The notes below the pieces were generated by a model that was not told the origin of the DNA, did no database searches, and saw nothing but the letters and a program-made list of their open reading frames with translations. A program made the position numbers and the translations under genes. This document shows, piece after piece, positions 29,459-44,579 of a stretch of DNA of 64,000 nucleotides. Positions within the stretch are counted from its first letter, which is position 1. Each line of letters starts with the position of its first letter. Source of the stretch: Eledone cirrhosa (lineage: Eukaryota); assembly GCA_964016885.1 (NCBI GenBank), contig OZ024742.1:65472001-65536000 (forward strand), in the 5' to 3' direction.

Positions 29459-30169
29459 CTCCTCCTCTCTCTCTCTCTCTCTCTCTGGAAGAAATCGAAC
29501 TGGAAGTTCCGAACTGCACAGAAGATGGGTTTAAAATGCTCAAGACACGCTGAATGTCATTACGACGCTCATACGACTCCATGAGAAGCGAAGGGGGTTC
29601 TTACATAAGGCTACACCAAAGTCGCTATCATTGCAAGGAGAATAGGTATATACGACTGGGTTCCACTTACTTAGATTGAGGTGGGGATTGGGCTTAAATC
29701 CAAGGTTATATCTCATGGTGGACATTATGACGTCATCGCAGGCGCGTGTGTGTGAATACAAAAGGAGCGTATGGAAGAGTGCAAAGCCGGTCGAAACACC
29801 GAAACAATTAAAAGATAAGCAATTTAGACACGTCATCCGGAAGTGTGGTTTTGTGTATGTCTTTGCATGTGTGAGTATAGTGTGTCTGTGCGTGTAGTGT
29901 GTGTGTGTGTGTGTATGGGTGTGCGGCATGTATGTGTTTATGTGGTGCGTTTATGTGTATGAATGTATAAATATATCGACCAGCTCTGTCCTTATGTACG
30001 TTTGCGTGTACTGAAACCAGTATAAGAATAGAATGTATGGTTAGGGTTTGTGCGAGTATTATATACCCCCCCCCCCCCACACACACAAATACACACATAC
30101 ACACACACATACACACAATACACACACACACACATATATATATATATACACACACACACACATACACAG

Positions 30170-30223
<54 letters not shown>

Positions 30224-30370
30224 GCACACATACGCACACACACACACACGCTCTCTCTCATACACACACATCTATTTATTACGTTATTGAGATTACTCTT
30301 GGTTACTACTTTGACTTTCGTGAATGCCAGCTGATATCTATATATGGGTGTGTACGTGTGTACTTGTATA

Positions 30371-30535
<165 letters not shown>

Positions 30536-30652
30536 GAGAGATAGAGAGGGTTGTTACGAGATGTGTGTATGTTTGTGTTTTTATCTCCTATCTGCCAACC
30601 AATCAACTGAATGGCAAGGCTTGTTTGTAAAAGGATGTGTGAGACGTAGGAG

Positions 30653-30698
<46 letters not shown>

Positions 30699-30705
30699 GA
30701 GAGAG

Positions 30706-30740
<35 letters not shown>

Positions 30741-31282
30741 GTGGGAGACAGCGAGAGCGAGAGAGAGAGAGAGAGAGAGAGATGAGAGAGAGGTGGAGTG
30801 AGTGTGTAAGTGTGTGTATGTTTGTGTGGTGAAGATGATAGGTCAAGCGATAAAAACGCGCATGCGCGTGCGTATGGGGTGTACCAATGCAATAGGGACG
30901 GCATGTAGAAAGAGTTGCAAATATAATTAACGCTTTCGACTAATTAACAGAATTTGCTATGTCATGTGATACAACAATGTCACCTATCTGGTAAAAAGGA
31001 TAATGAGAGCCGTGTGGGTAGGTGACGATATAGGATTGCACGTTTCGTACGTTTGTTTTGCTGTGTTGTTCACGCTGATGATGATGATGTTGTTATTGTG
31101 TTTGATGTAGTAGTAGTTGTTGTTGTTATAGTTATAGTTATAGTAGTTGTAGTTGTCTATTTTGCCTGAATGATAAGGGAATCTCAGTGACACCTAGCAA
31201 CACTTAACGGTTCTAAACAATACTTAGTGACAACATATTGTGACACCTACATCAATGGATTATTCCTTTTTGACACACACAC

Positions 31283-31377
<95 letters not shown>

Positions 31378-31559
31378 ACACACACACATATATACATACA
31401 TATTTCTGGTTATTTCTATGTTTTAGTTTTCTTGACCTCTTCTTTGGTGTAAAGAGAATTTTAAAACTCGACGTAGATATAAAACATACGGAGTTCAGTC
31501 TTGCTTGATTTTAAATATGTACCATACAGAGGTACAGAGCATGTATGCATACTTGGTCC

Positions 31560-31797
31560 CGTAACTCCCGAGGGAGTCGCAGGGACACCGTAATAACATA
31601 CGGTGTTTCAAGGGCTACGTTTTAAAAACATGGTGGAGCCCATCTCCGCTCCAGGTCTAAGTATAGCAGAGTGAGAGAATGGAAGTACGAAAGGGATATA
31701 AAGGAAGAATCTACCCCAGTACTAGACTGGTAGTTTTTTTATTGACCTTGAATGGATGAAAGGCAAAGTTGACTTTGGAGGGATTTGAACTCAGAGA
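31560..31797 (-). mobile_element. SINE variant with Meta-like core and a different 3' tail
   Basis: Core plus tail ttagacctggagcggagatgggctccacc, shared with about 22280-22370 and 44085-44170. Confidence 0.6.
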
Positions 31798-32078
31798 GCC
31801 CTACTTTCTTTTTTCTCTATCTTTCTCCCTCTCTGACGATGAGCAAGGGTTCAAAACGTTAGAGCTGTCACTCCTAATGATAATTGAACTCACAGAAGTC
31901 TTCTATAATCTCTCTCTCTCTCGATTGAAACAAAAATAAACTATTTCACAAATGTCGGAATTTGGTTGTTAGGCCACATCCTCATTCTACTAAACCTAGA
32001 ATATATTGTAGAAAGAAGGTTTTATCTAGATATCCGTCCGGTTAATAGAGGCAGTCATTCTTAAACTATAAAGTTCGA

Positions 32079-32133
<55 letters not shown>

Positions 32134-32300
32134 GAAGTCTTGATGTCTAGAGAAAACTAGAGCAGTGAAGCAGTTTTTTCTTTACAGCGTAGTAATAGGA
32201 ATATTTACCAGAAGATTTGGTGTCTATTCACTAAAGTTAATTGAACTGAGACAATATGGCTGGTATAATGAATTGAGGATGTAGAAGCGCGTGCGTACAC

Positions 32301-32500
32301 NNNNNNNNNNNNNNNNNNNNNNNNNNNNNNNNNNNNNNNNNNNNNNNNNNNNNNNNNNNNNNNNNNNNNNNNNNNNNNNNNNNNNNNNNNNNNNNNNNNN
32401 NNNNNNNNNNNNNNNNNNNNNNNNNNNNNNNNNNNNNNNNNNNNNNNNNNNNNNNNNNNNNNNNNNNNNNNNNNNNNNNNNNNNNNNNNNNNNNNNNNNN
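32301..32500. other. Assembly gap
   Basis: 200 N. Confidence 1.
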
Positions 32501-32522
32501 GAGAGAGAGAGAGAAAGAGAAA

Positions 32523-32626
<104 letters not shown>

Positions 32627-33122
32627 CTGGAAGCGTCGGTATGATTCGATCGCAGGACTCAGGGTTAGCATCCAAAATGGTGTCGAGCCAGAGCAGGAGC
32701 ACGAGAGGGCAGTGAAAACCAGTGGACGCCAGTTTAGTCCAGTCCAATAGAATCTACGGCAGAGCAGAGGAGATGGAACAGGTATATTTGTCACTGTTTG
32801 GGATGATTGCGGTCAACTGCTAATGATGCAAGAGGTGGGACGATATAGAATCAGAGAGAGAGAGAGAGAGAGAGTGGGAGGGGGGGGGTAAGGGGTGTTA
32901 AGAAAGATGGAGTGAAATGTGTTAGTGGTGGTAGAGGAGGAAGAGAAGGAGGAGGATGTGGATTGTTGAAGGAATTGGTGGAAGCGGGATTGTGATGATG
33001 ATGTTGGATAGCGAGGGAAAGGTAGAGGGAGTCAGCACCACACTGTTACAGTCAACTGTGCGTATGCATACACACACACAAATCTTTATCTTTGTGAATG
33101 CAGGTATACGCTTGTGTATGTA

Positions 33123-33213
<91 letters not shown>

Positions 33214-33501
33214 TACGTACGTATATTCACAAATGTGTGTGTATATATATGTATGTATGTATGTATATATATTCACAAATGTATACATATATATATATAT
33301 ATATGTATATATACATTATATATATATTATATATATTATATATATTATATATATGTAATATATATATATATATATTCACAAATGTATACATATATATATA
33401 TATATGTATATATACATTATATATATATTATATATATTATATATATTATATATATTATATATATGTAATATATATATATATAATATATATTATATATATA
33501 T

Positions 33502-33591
<90 letters not shown>

Positions 33592-33620
33592 CACATATAT
33601 ATATATACACACACATATAT

Positions 33621-33675
<55 letters not shown>

Positions 33676-34047
33676 TAGTATATATATATATAGTGTATAT
33701 ATATATATGTATATATATAATGTTGATGTATATATGTATGTATATGAGTGTAGTTATGTATGTAGTTATCTATAAATATGTAAAAATGAACAGTTATCTG
33801 CCTCTCCCTCTATATACATATATAAGTATATGCGCGTGTGTGTATGTATGGGCATGTGTGTGTGTCTGTGTGTGTGTGTGTATAGAGATGTTAAGAAAGT
33901 GAAGGGAAAAGGAGGGGAGAATTAGATTGATACACAAATAGATAGACGAATCGATAGAGATATACCAACAAATAGGCAAATGATTAAACAGACAAATAGC
34001 AGAACATATGATGGTTGAACACACACACACACACATACACACACAGT

Positions 34048-34079
<32 letters not shown>

Positions 34080-34171
34080 TATACACACACACACACAAAC
34101 AATACACACACACAAATATACAATACAGACAGACAGGCACACACACACATACACATATACCCCCCCCCACC

Positions 34172-34236
<65 letters not shown>

Positions 34237-34479
34237 GTTGATAGACAGAAAGAAAGGTTGATTATACAGGTATTTAGAAGAATATAGTTGAAAGTAACTA
34301 AGTAAGGAGATATATGTGTGAATAGGATGACAAATTGACGATTATATAGATTTATACAAAGACACAGATGGAGAGAATATGAGTAGTAAACGTTATATAT
34401 ATATATACATATATATATATCCATATACATACATACATATTATATATGCATATATATATATATATATACTATCCGGGAG

Positions 34480-34742
34480 CTTCCAACAGAAATGGTCGCA
34501 TTCTTTAAGGGTATGTCAATATTTGTTTATAAAATTGATCTATATTATATTTTATCTGATGAAAACGCACCATAATTTGCTTTGGTGTCCTTGAAATATG
34601 TATAATGAAATAAATATGGTTTTATAAATATAGTTTGCATTTGTTAATATATTGTATTTTTGCTCCAAAAATTTGTTAAGTGCTTTATATCAGTTATAAA
34701 AATATTTGCTTGTTGTATCCCAACAAATTAAATATAACTTCT
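34480..34742 (+). mobile_element. PLE family B 3' end with HHR (34548-34612)
   Basis: tattttat-CTGATGA-aaacgcacca..tggtgtcctt-GAAA-tatgta-TA-atgaaata, then the family B tail ...cccaacaaattaaatataacttct followed by a microsatellite. Confidence 0.8.
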
Positions 34743-34782
34743 ACACACACACATATATATATATATATATACAATATCTATA

Positions 34783-34832
<50 letters not shown>

Positions 34833-35156
34833 TAAATAGAATGAAAGAAGATAACCAGATTAATATACATAGATGAATGTACATAGATATACATAGAATA
34901 GATAGTTAGACAGGTAGAGAAGCCGATAAATGGGTGAATATTCAGAGATGAAATGAATGATAGACACATAGATATGTAAATATTTTGTCTAAGTCTGCAA
35001 GACTATAAGAATTCAATCAGGTATTTATGTGAATACATAGAATGACATCATGCTAAATAGGCACTCAGCCAAATAGATAGATATACTGATAGATAGGGAC
35101 ATATACCGATAAAAATATAGTCTATGTATGTGAGAAATTGAGGCAAGAATGTATTT

Positions 35157-35208
<52 letters not shown>

Positions 35209-35210
35209 CA

Positions 35211-35293
<83 letters not shown>

Positions 35294-35654
35294 CAAGTAG
35301 GACGGCCAGGTAAAATTTACAAGGTAAATCACATGGAGCTGATGACAAAACTAAACAGCTGTTGTGATCTAGCAAAGCTAAAGTGTATGCAAGACTGCTT
35401 TGTAGTCGCTTCTTTCAGCAGTCAGCTGATCACATCATCTCTATGTATAGGACGGCCGACAGGTGAGACTGTCTTCCAAGTTTGGTAATATTCATAATAT
35501 TTATAACAACATAATATTTATAACAACAACAATATTTATAATATTGAATAGTAATTAGGAATTGCAAAATGTTTAATTAATAGTAATAACTTATGATGAT
35601 CATTTTTTGATTCGCGGCGCATCCAATGTTGAAATAACTACGTTATCAATAATA

Positions 35655-36258
35655 ATAATTGTTTCTACATTTAGCACAAGGCCAGAAATTTGAATGAAAG
35701 TGGAAAGTCGATTAAATCTAATCCAGTGCGTTACTGGTACTTTATTTTTTTTAACCCATTTTAATGAAAGGCAAAGGCAATCTTGGCGAGATTTGAACTC
35801 CGAACGTGAAAAGTCGTAACTAAATATCGCTCAACCGATACTGACCACCCAACGTCTTTAGTAGTAATAACAGTAATTATTGTTTCTACTTTGGGCACAA
35901 GACCAGCAATTATCCCAGTGCATTACTGGTGCCTTATTTTATCGACCCCGTAAGGATGAAAGGCAAATTTAACCTCGGCGGGATTTGAACTCACACAGTA
36001 AACGACCGTAACTATGTTGCAAAGCATGGCGTCCAACCCTCTACCGATACCGCCAATCTACCACCCCTGTAACAGTAATAATTGTTTCTACTTTAGGCAC
36101 AAGGCCAGCAATTACCCAGTGCATTACTGGTACTTTATTTTATCGAACCCGTAAGGATGAAAGGCAAAGTTAACCTCGGCGGGATTTGAACTCAGAATGG
36201 TAAGGGCCGAAACTCTATGCATCAAAGCATGGCGTCAGACCCTCTACCGATACTGCCA
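35655..36258 (-). mobile_element. Three tandem Meta-like SINE copies
   Basis: About 35655-35830, 35880-36068 (TSD-like taacagtaat) and 36082-36258. Confidence 0.88.
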
Positions 36259-36559
36259 AAATGGTTTATAGTAAGATCGTTAAAAGACGCAATACAGAAG
36301 AAGAACATCACGAAACAATGAGTTTAGGTTGAATAAGAGGGTAGTATGAACAATAAGAATAAAGATATTGATTAATAGATAAAAATAATCAACGATAAGA
36401 ATAAAGAACAACGAAACAACATGAAACGATATAACAAAATGTGGAAAATCACATCGAATAATTCGTGAAGAACTCCAAGACAGCTTCGGATTACCATGCT
36501 ACGTTAAAGGCAAATACTCCCTCCTATTTCTTACTGCCATCCCATAGCTGCACAGTTAA

Positions 36560-36850
36560 ACTAAGCCCACATAGCTATACCAATTTTGCCATTCTCACTC
36601 ACCTTTCGTGAAATTTACTTGAGCGAACAAAGTTACCCCGCTCTCTACCATCATTTTCTTCTTCAAATGATATCTGAAGAAATTGATGAGAGTTTGATCT
36701 GAGAGGAAACGTTTGTGCCCAATGGCATTCAATTGCTTACACAATACAGCTTCCCTCAACCAGTTCTTCATCGCCATAGGAAGGTGGTAGCTTGATCTCC
36801 ACGGTAGACTCGGCTTATAACCGGATCTATCTAGCACCTGATAACATCTG
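36560..36850 (-). mobile_element. Possible decayed Tx1 ORF2 C-terminal fragment
   Basis: FLSDQTLINFFRYHLKKKMMVE recalls Tx1-type ORF2 ends; weak, by-eye similarity only. Confidence 0.35.
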
Positions 36851-36915
36851 TTCGACATGAACATATATGTATGCATAACCTACAGAAAACTATGTTGTTA
36901 TGCACTGCCACACAC

Positions 36916-37100
<185 letters not shown>

Positions 37101-37105
37101 GACAC

Positions 37106-37138
<33 letters not shown>

Positions 37139-37846
37139 TACACACACATACACACACAATAAATATATACAGTTCGAGAATAAACGAGACAAACAAAAAT
37201 GCAAAATCACAGTTTTATTTGGTTCATACTTGGGAATGAAGATAAATAAAAAAGAAACAAGGTATCGGACATAAGTCCTTCTTCAGGGGAGAGCAAATTT
37301 CGCAGAGAGAGCAAAGGTTGGAAAATCAGAAGCTGGAAGGTTGAAAAAAAAATGGATGAGGATGGTAGGCGAGTAGACCGGCGCGCGGGTGTATATACAT
37401 ATAGGTCATCTGCTCCTTACAACGCTTGACCACTTCTTGCATTTTGTGGCTCTTCCTTCCTGACATGAGATCTCAAATGGCTCTTGAGTCCTGAAAGCTC
37501 GTGAAACACCCGTCCACGAATAATACAATGATGTCTCATTTCGTTCTTGTTTCCACTTTGGGTTTGCTTATTGTGTATGTTCAGATATCACTTCAACCCA
37601 CCACCTGATTTGAAAATTGCCTGATAATCATGACTCTGGAACTGATTCTATGCAACGAAGTTTCAATTGTCAACTTGGACTTTCCCATTATGGGCTCGCT
37701 AGTGTGACTTGAATCAGGCATTCGAAAGACAGACCTTAGGGCACACAGGGCATTTGAAAACCGATGTTTGATAAAATTCATGATTATTATTGTTGGTTTC
37801 ATTCTTTCGCACCCTTCCTTTCAGTTCTGCACGTTTTACCCTCTCC

Positions 37847-37886
<40 letters not shown>

Positions 37887-37887
37887 G

Positions 37888-37966
<79 letters not shown>

Positions 37967-38057
37967 TATATATAATATATATATATATATATACATTTAC
38001 ATATATATATATATATACATATATATATAAACATATATATATATATATATATACATA

Positions 38058-38121
<64 letters not shown>

Positions 38122-38289
38122 AACATATATATATATATATATATATACATAAATACAGGGTGGTGCGAGCAATAACTAAAAAAAGTTATTGGGACAAGTA
38201 GAATTGGGTGGAGTAAGCGGGACATGTAAACACACAGAGATGGTAATATACATGCACATATATATATGTGCATGTATATGAATTAATCA

Positions 38290-39340
38290 ATACACCACTA
38301 ATAATAACAGAGTTAGGAATGACCAAGAACGATATTGTTCAAAACAATGAACACAGCATCTGAAAAATGGTGGGATGCTATAGCAACACAAGTAGCTGAA
38401 ATGCAATATAAACCCCAACAACAACCAACAAAAACAAATGTAAAAAAAAGAAAAACAAAAAACAACGACAAAAACTGGAAGACACTGCATCATAAAATCC
38501 AAAACACTAGTTTAAGTATTTAACAGAGACATAAAAGATGCCAGCAATGATGTTTAATAAATACTGACAGAAACAACACCTGACTGGTTCATTGAATGGG
38601 AAAATCGTTTTAATCCACCAGATTAAAGGAACAGCAAACCCTAAAAGCTACAGACTAATTACCTAACTTCCCACATCCTACAAGTATTCATTACAACATT
38701 AATACAGAGAATATATAAATTTCCAACAAAAACATGTACAACGTCTTTCCAGGAAAGTGTAAGGGATGCTGGAAAGGTGCATGTAATTGTGAAGATTATG
38801 TACCAACAAATTTACAATTGAAGACTAAAAGAAATGAGATAAGTCTGAGCATGGCATACACTGGCAAAAGAATGTATTTGATATTGTACGCAGTATATTG
38901 ATCCCGGATAGAGTAGCCACGAATGAGGTAGGGTCAATAATCAATAATAATCAGATAAAATACACTCATGAGCAAATGATAAACAATTCTACGGATACAG
39001 ACAAAAAAGGAATTATTAAAAAAAACTGCCTTGTCTTCACTAGAAGAGAAACATTTGAAAGGTTCTCCTCCACTTCACCCTCTTTCTGCTCGTGACACGT
39101 TAAAGAAGACAGGAATTGGTTACATATGCTGTAGTAAGACAATCGACCATTTTTCGTATATAGTAGACACGAAATTGTGTACTTGATAATAATCAACTAG
39201 AAATATTATTATAGACAGATGGATTTACTAGAGAAATTGGTATAAGATTCGGATTAGAAGAATGCGCTAAGGCAAATTTGAAGAGAAAAATAATAAAGAA
39301 CACTAATATCAATAAGAAAGAAAAATAAAGGAACTACAAA
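38290..39340 (+). mobile_element. Old, decayed R4/Dong RT fragment
   Basis: Remnants TPDWF, NPKSYRLIT*LPTSYK, KGCWKG, LSMAY and FGLEECAK parallel the 57882-58620 protein. Confidence 0.65.
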
Positions 39341-40648
39341 CATATATATATTAATTTCAACAATGTCAGTATTCCGTGTGTCATAATTCTCGATTATCAT
39401 TGGTTCATAGGTTTCAAACGACTTCGCTCACCTCAATGATGCCAAACTTAAATTAATATGCATAATACCAATGCGGGAATGAGAGGGGAGAGTAAGAAAC
39501 AGAGAGGCAATGTGAACGCTGTGTTGGATACACTATGTATATGTGTCAGTGTAGAGACGTGTGTGTGTGATGTGTGTGGAAATAAGAGGGGAAGGAAAGC
39601 AATAACTATTAACATGTGTGTGTGTCTATGTACGTGCGCGTATGTTTATGTGTGTGTGCGTGCAGCGTTCCACAGAAAGTAAAAACTATCAATATGTGTG
39701 AATGTGTGCATGTGTGTAAGTGCACGGGTGCGTGTGAAAGTTTGCGTGCGTCGCTTCTGATTGCAGTAGTACTAAAACCTCATCATATGCTGAGTCTGGC
39801 AAAAAGGTTGGATTCTATGGCCGGCCAGGGCTAGAGTAATATTGAAAAACGATTCTATTTTCGAAGTAGAAGGATCCGCCATTTGGAGTTCAAACCAAGC
39901 CACCTCCCCGAGTTGAACTCTGGGCAACATTGACTGTCTATTACTCAGTGGCTAAGAGCCTGGAAATTACTGAATAAATTTTTGTGTCATATAATTTGTT
40001 GTTTTATTATTATAGCTGACGACTTATAGATAAACATGTTATCCATATCCATGTTAATTTGGCATCTGTATAAACCATTTCAAGTAAATAGGGGCCTTTT
40101 TTATATTGACGGACATATTTTATATTAATTATCTATATCTATATCTACATATAATATAAAAGATTGAAACTTCCATCATCCTTTTGAGAAACGTGGAACA
40201 ACCACGTCTATGCAATGATACACGTTTACAGTCAGACAGAAGATGAACCATCTCCTAGAGGTCACTATTCTAGGTGGGAGCACCTAGAATTGTTCATATA
40301 CTATGCACAAACGGTACAACGAAGAATCTGGTATATCTGGAAGATTTTTTTTTACTGTTTTTTTGTATCACACGGACACCACAGACTCGCCTCATACTGT
40401 AACCAGACAAACATCCAATACAGTCATTTTCTCTTTTACCTGTCTTCTCTTATCATCTGTTTACCCGGGCGAAGCTGAGAACGTCAGCTAGTACTAATAA
40501 TTAGGAACTAATGAATCAAATAGCATACAACACACGCAAATAAAAGAATGGATTAGGAAAGAATATTTTGATAATTCTTATAAGTGTTCTAAACGTAAAA
40601 AAGAAATATAATAGGCATCAATGCAAAGCTGCCGTAGTAATAGTAATG

Positions 40649-40790
40649 ACTAGCAGAATGGCCCGGCGTTGCTCTAGATTTGCTCTAGGGTTCTTATATA
40701 TTTGATATATATATATATCCTTATAGAGCCTCGTGAAATAAATACGCTTGTTTATATTTTGTTACTGTGTATGCAAAAATATCTGTACAC

Positions 40791-40870
<80 letters not shown>

Positions 40871-41322
40871 CAGATTAAAGTTTAAGCAAAGAATCGGTGC
40901 TTTCACCCTTAACGGGATCTTCTGAAACTAAAAAAAATAAATCTGTGAACGCAGAAGTAAATATTTCGAAAAACGTTACACACTATATATAAATATACAC
41001 ACACTATATATACAGACACACACATCGTCATAATGTCGTAATGCAGACAGTCAGGCATACAGACAGATATTATAAGGGCGCAACGTTATATCTATGTATC
41101 TATCTAAAAAGAAAGACTAAGAATTATAGAGAGAGATCGCTAAATCGCCTAATGCGGTCCCTAGGGCATTGAAAATTTGAAATTGTTTTTGCTCAAAACA
41201 CTCACAGGACCATAAGTATTACATTTGTAAAGTTTGAAAAGAATCGGTTGGGTGGTTTTCGAGTTTTAGGGAGTCAGACAGACAGACAGACAATTTCTGT
41301 TTTCGATATATGATATATAGAT
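40649..41322 (+). mobile_element. Non-autonomous Helitron/Helentron-like element
   Basis: Starts actagcagaatggcccggcgttgc and ends tgtaaagtttgaaaagaatcgg..cgagttttaggga..(ACAG)n..ctgtttt..agat; ends are shared with 45316-46330. Confidence 0.6.
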
Positions 41323-42539
41323 ATTGTCAACGACCAATCATGAATGGACAGAACCCCCCCCCCCCCCCCAAAAAAAAAGAAAAATAATGACTGCATTTAG
41401 AACACCCCAGCAAAACTGTGATTATATTATTATACAACAGTGGCAGAGCGGTCTGTATTGTTGTTTAAATGAAAGCTGTATCATATTGTTTGTACGATAT
41501 TAAAACAAAATCCAACAGTGCTTTTTTAGATCTCTGTCTTTAGGGACGAGAAACATTTAAGTAGACTAACCACTAGCCGTTTGCGGTGTTAGATTGCTGG
41601 ACAATCCAAAATAGCAAGATAATGATAAGATCCGCCAGGTTTAAAATGTACAAGACTGCACTTCTCACAATTCATTCAGATTTATGAGGACGGTGGCAGT
41701 AACCACCAGATTAGTACAAATTACACTCGACATTATTTTTCATGGCGCATATGATAATAGCATATTAATAATTAATATATGTGTATAACGTTGTGTAGAG
41801 GAGAACTGAAAAGCTAAGGAATTACACTGACTTAGTTATAGAATTGAACAACAAAATTAATTTTATCTTCCTATTTGTAAATAACACAACTGGATTCATA
41901 CTCAGGAATTTCTGTAAGGACAATGTGAATTACCAATAAGAGTGAAGGCTAAGTGATTAAAGTGTTTGGCTGGCGATCCTAAGGCCATGAATTTGATTCC
42001 TGGCTGTAATTTCTGTCCTTGAGCAAGATACTTTATTTCACGTTGCTCCGGTTCATTCGGCTGATACAAATGAATTGTATCTATAATTCATTGAGTTACG
42101 CTGTATCACCATGAGAACTACGTCAAAGGTGAGCGTGACTTTCTGAAATGCTCAGTCACTTGCGCGTTAGTTTCATGAATAGGCTTTCCCATTGTTCAAA
42201 CAATTCGAACACTCGTTGTTGTATTGGACAGAGGTCCAATACAATACAATACCTACACTCATTTATAAGAATGGACATAAATGCGTCCCAGAAAATAGTA
42301 AATACTAGGATTTGTAAACATTTTGTAGCCCAGAAAATTATCGTTAACTTTGAACATACTTATTAACATGGGATATTGTATGCATGTTTTCCATTAGACC
42401 TCGTTGTTAACTTTGAATATTGTATGTGTTTTGTAAGATTTACCCAATTCTTGTTCCATGCAATGAACCGTTTGATGTATTTCCTCCACCATGGGAACAC
42501 CGCCCCCGTTTATACGTGTGTCACAAGGTCAGAAATGTG

Positions 42540-44040
42540 AAGGGAAGGGGAAGTCGAGTAAATCGAACCATGTGCGTTACTGGTGCTTTATGTCGTCAAC
42601 CCCGTGAGGATGTAAGGCAAAGCTAACCTTGATGGATTTGAACAACAACAACAACAACAACAACAATAAAGATAACAGTCTCTGATTTAGGTACAAGGCC
42701 AACAATTTTGGGAAGGAGAAAATCGATTAAATCGACTCAGTACTTGACTAGATCTTTATTTTATCGACCTCGGAAGGATAAGATTCAAAACTTGATCTCG
42801 ACGGGATTTGAATTCAGAGTGTCAAAGGGTCGAAACATATAATGTTTCTTCTAAATAATATTAGTATTGGCAGTATCAGTAGAGGGTTGGACGCCATGCT
42901 TTCTAGCATAGTTACGTCCCTTTACGGTTTGAGTTCAAATCCCGTCGAGGTTAACTTTGCCTTTCATCCTTACGGGGTCGATAAAATAAAGTACCAGTAG
43001 TGTACTGGGTAATTGCTGGCCTTGTGCCAAAAGTAGAAACAAATATTAGTAGTTAATTGTAAGAAATACAAATATTGGTGGAAAGTTTCTCTCGAGTTAT
43101 CAACCGTGTTTGTCTATTCTTAAATTCAGGACATAACTGTCATGTATATGTAGATATACTTGAGGTGATATTGAAACCACATATGTTTATTATATGCAGA
43201 GTTACTCTTTAGAGAAACATTTTTATGGGGTTTGTATTTTGTATTTAAACATAGATATATGCATATGTAGAATTCTTTTTCTTTTACAACTGCATTATTA
43301 CAATCATAAATGGCAGTGGATTGGCAGTATCGGTAGAGGGTCGGACGCCATGCTTTGCAGCATAGTTACGTCCCTTTACGAACTGAGTTCAAATCCCGCC
43401 GAGGTTAACTTTGCCTTTCATCCTTACGGGGTCGATAAAATAAAGTACCAGTAATGCACTGGAATAATTGCTGGCCTTGTGCCAAAAGTAGAAACAATTA
43501 TTACAATAATAAATGCGACCCTTTATGATCTGAGTTCAAATCCCGCCGAGGTTAATTTTGCTTTTCATCCTTTCGGGGTCGATAAAATAAAGTACCAGTC
43601 ACGCACTGGGGCCGATTTAATTGACCTTCCCCTCCCCCAAAATTGCTGACCTTGTGCCTATATAAAAAAAACCATTATTACAATAATTGCCATTCTGTGT
43701 TCAAATCCCGCCGAGGTTAACTTTGGCTTTCATCCTCACGGGGTCGATAAAATAAAATACCAGTAATGCACTGGGTAATTGCTGGCCTTGTGCCAAAAGT
43801 AGAAACAATTATTACAATAATAAAAAAACATGAAATAGAATTGAACAATTTGTCTGTATCTACGTATATATAGCGTAGATGATGAATTGACAGTGTTGTT
43901 AGAAAGTCTGATAGAATGCTTTGTGACATTCATTACGGTTCTCTACGCTTTAAGTTCAAATCCCACCGAAGTCAATATTGCCTTTCAACCTTTCGAGGTC
44001 GATAAAAAAAGTACAAGTCCACAGGACAGGGGTTAATTAT
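42540..44040. mobile_element. Cluster of about seven Meta-like SINEs
   Basis: Minus: about 42540-42645 and 42680-42830. Plus: about 42866-43042, 43313-43502, 43520-43680, 43690-43812 and 43930-44040. Confidence 0.88.
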
Positions 44041-44170
44041 TCCTTTGTATTTTGTCTTCATTCTCACTCTCATTCACTCTATCCTTCTCTGGGAGAAATT
44101 GGTTGTGTTTAGACAGGTAAAGGAATGGGTTCCACCATATTTTAAAAATGCTCAATATGGCAATCCTACG

Positions 44171-44258
44171 ATTCCTTAGAATGTGTATTTGATATATATA
44201 TATTCCTTAGAATGTGTATTTGATATATATATTCCTTAGAATGTGTATTTGATATATT
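44171..44258. repeat. Three tandem copies of an approximately 30-bp unit
   Basis: attccttagaatgtgtatttgatata(ta)n. Confidence 0.9.
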
Positions 44259-44579
44259 TGCATGAATAATACAAAATACGAATCTATAAATTAGAACTAA
44301 TTAATTCAATTTGTTGAATATGTGAGTATGTATTCAGTTGACACAAGCAGCCAAGTGTATGTTATATATGTAACAATGTCAGTAAATTGTTAACGATAGA
44401 ACATGTGCTTTAAATGTTACATTGTGTAACGCAAGTGCTGTAGATAACGCTAACTACAGATGGGTCACATCCACCACCAAAACTAGAATCTGGTCCATAG
44501 AATTAAGGACCTAGAACTATTTCAATCCTACCTCATAGGTCCAACGTAACGGGCTGTAAATACATAAATAATTTCCAAA

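Noticed and set aside
35339-35380. CTGATGA motif
   Set aside because: No downstream GAAA box
42540-44260. CRISPR-like regularly recurring repeats
   Set aside because: These are SINE copies and a short tandem repeat in eukaryotic context, with no uniform spacers or cas genes
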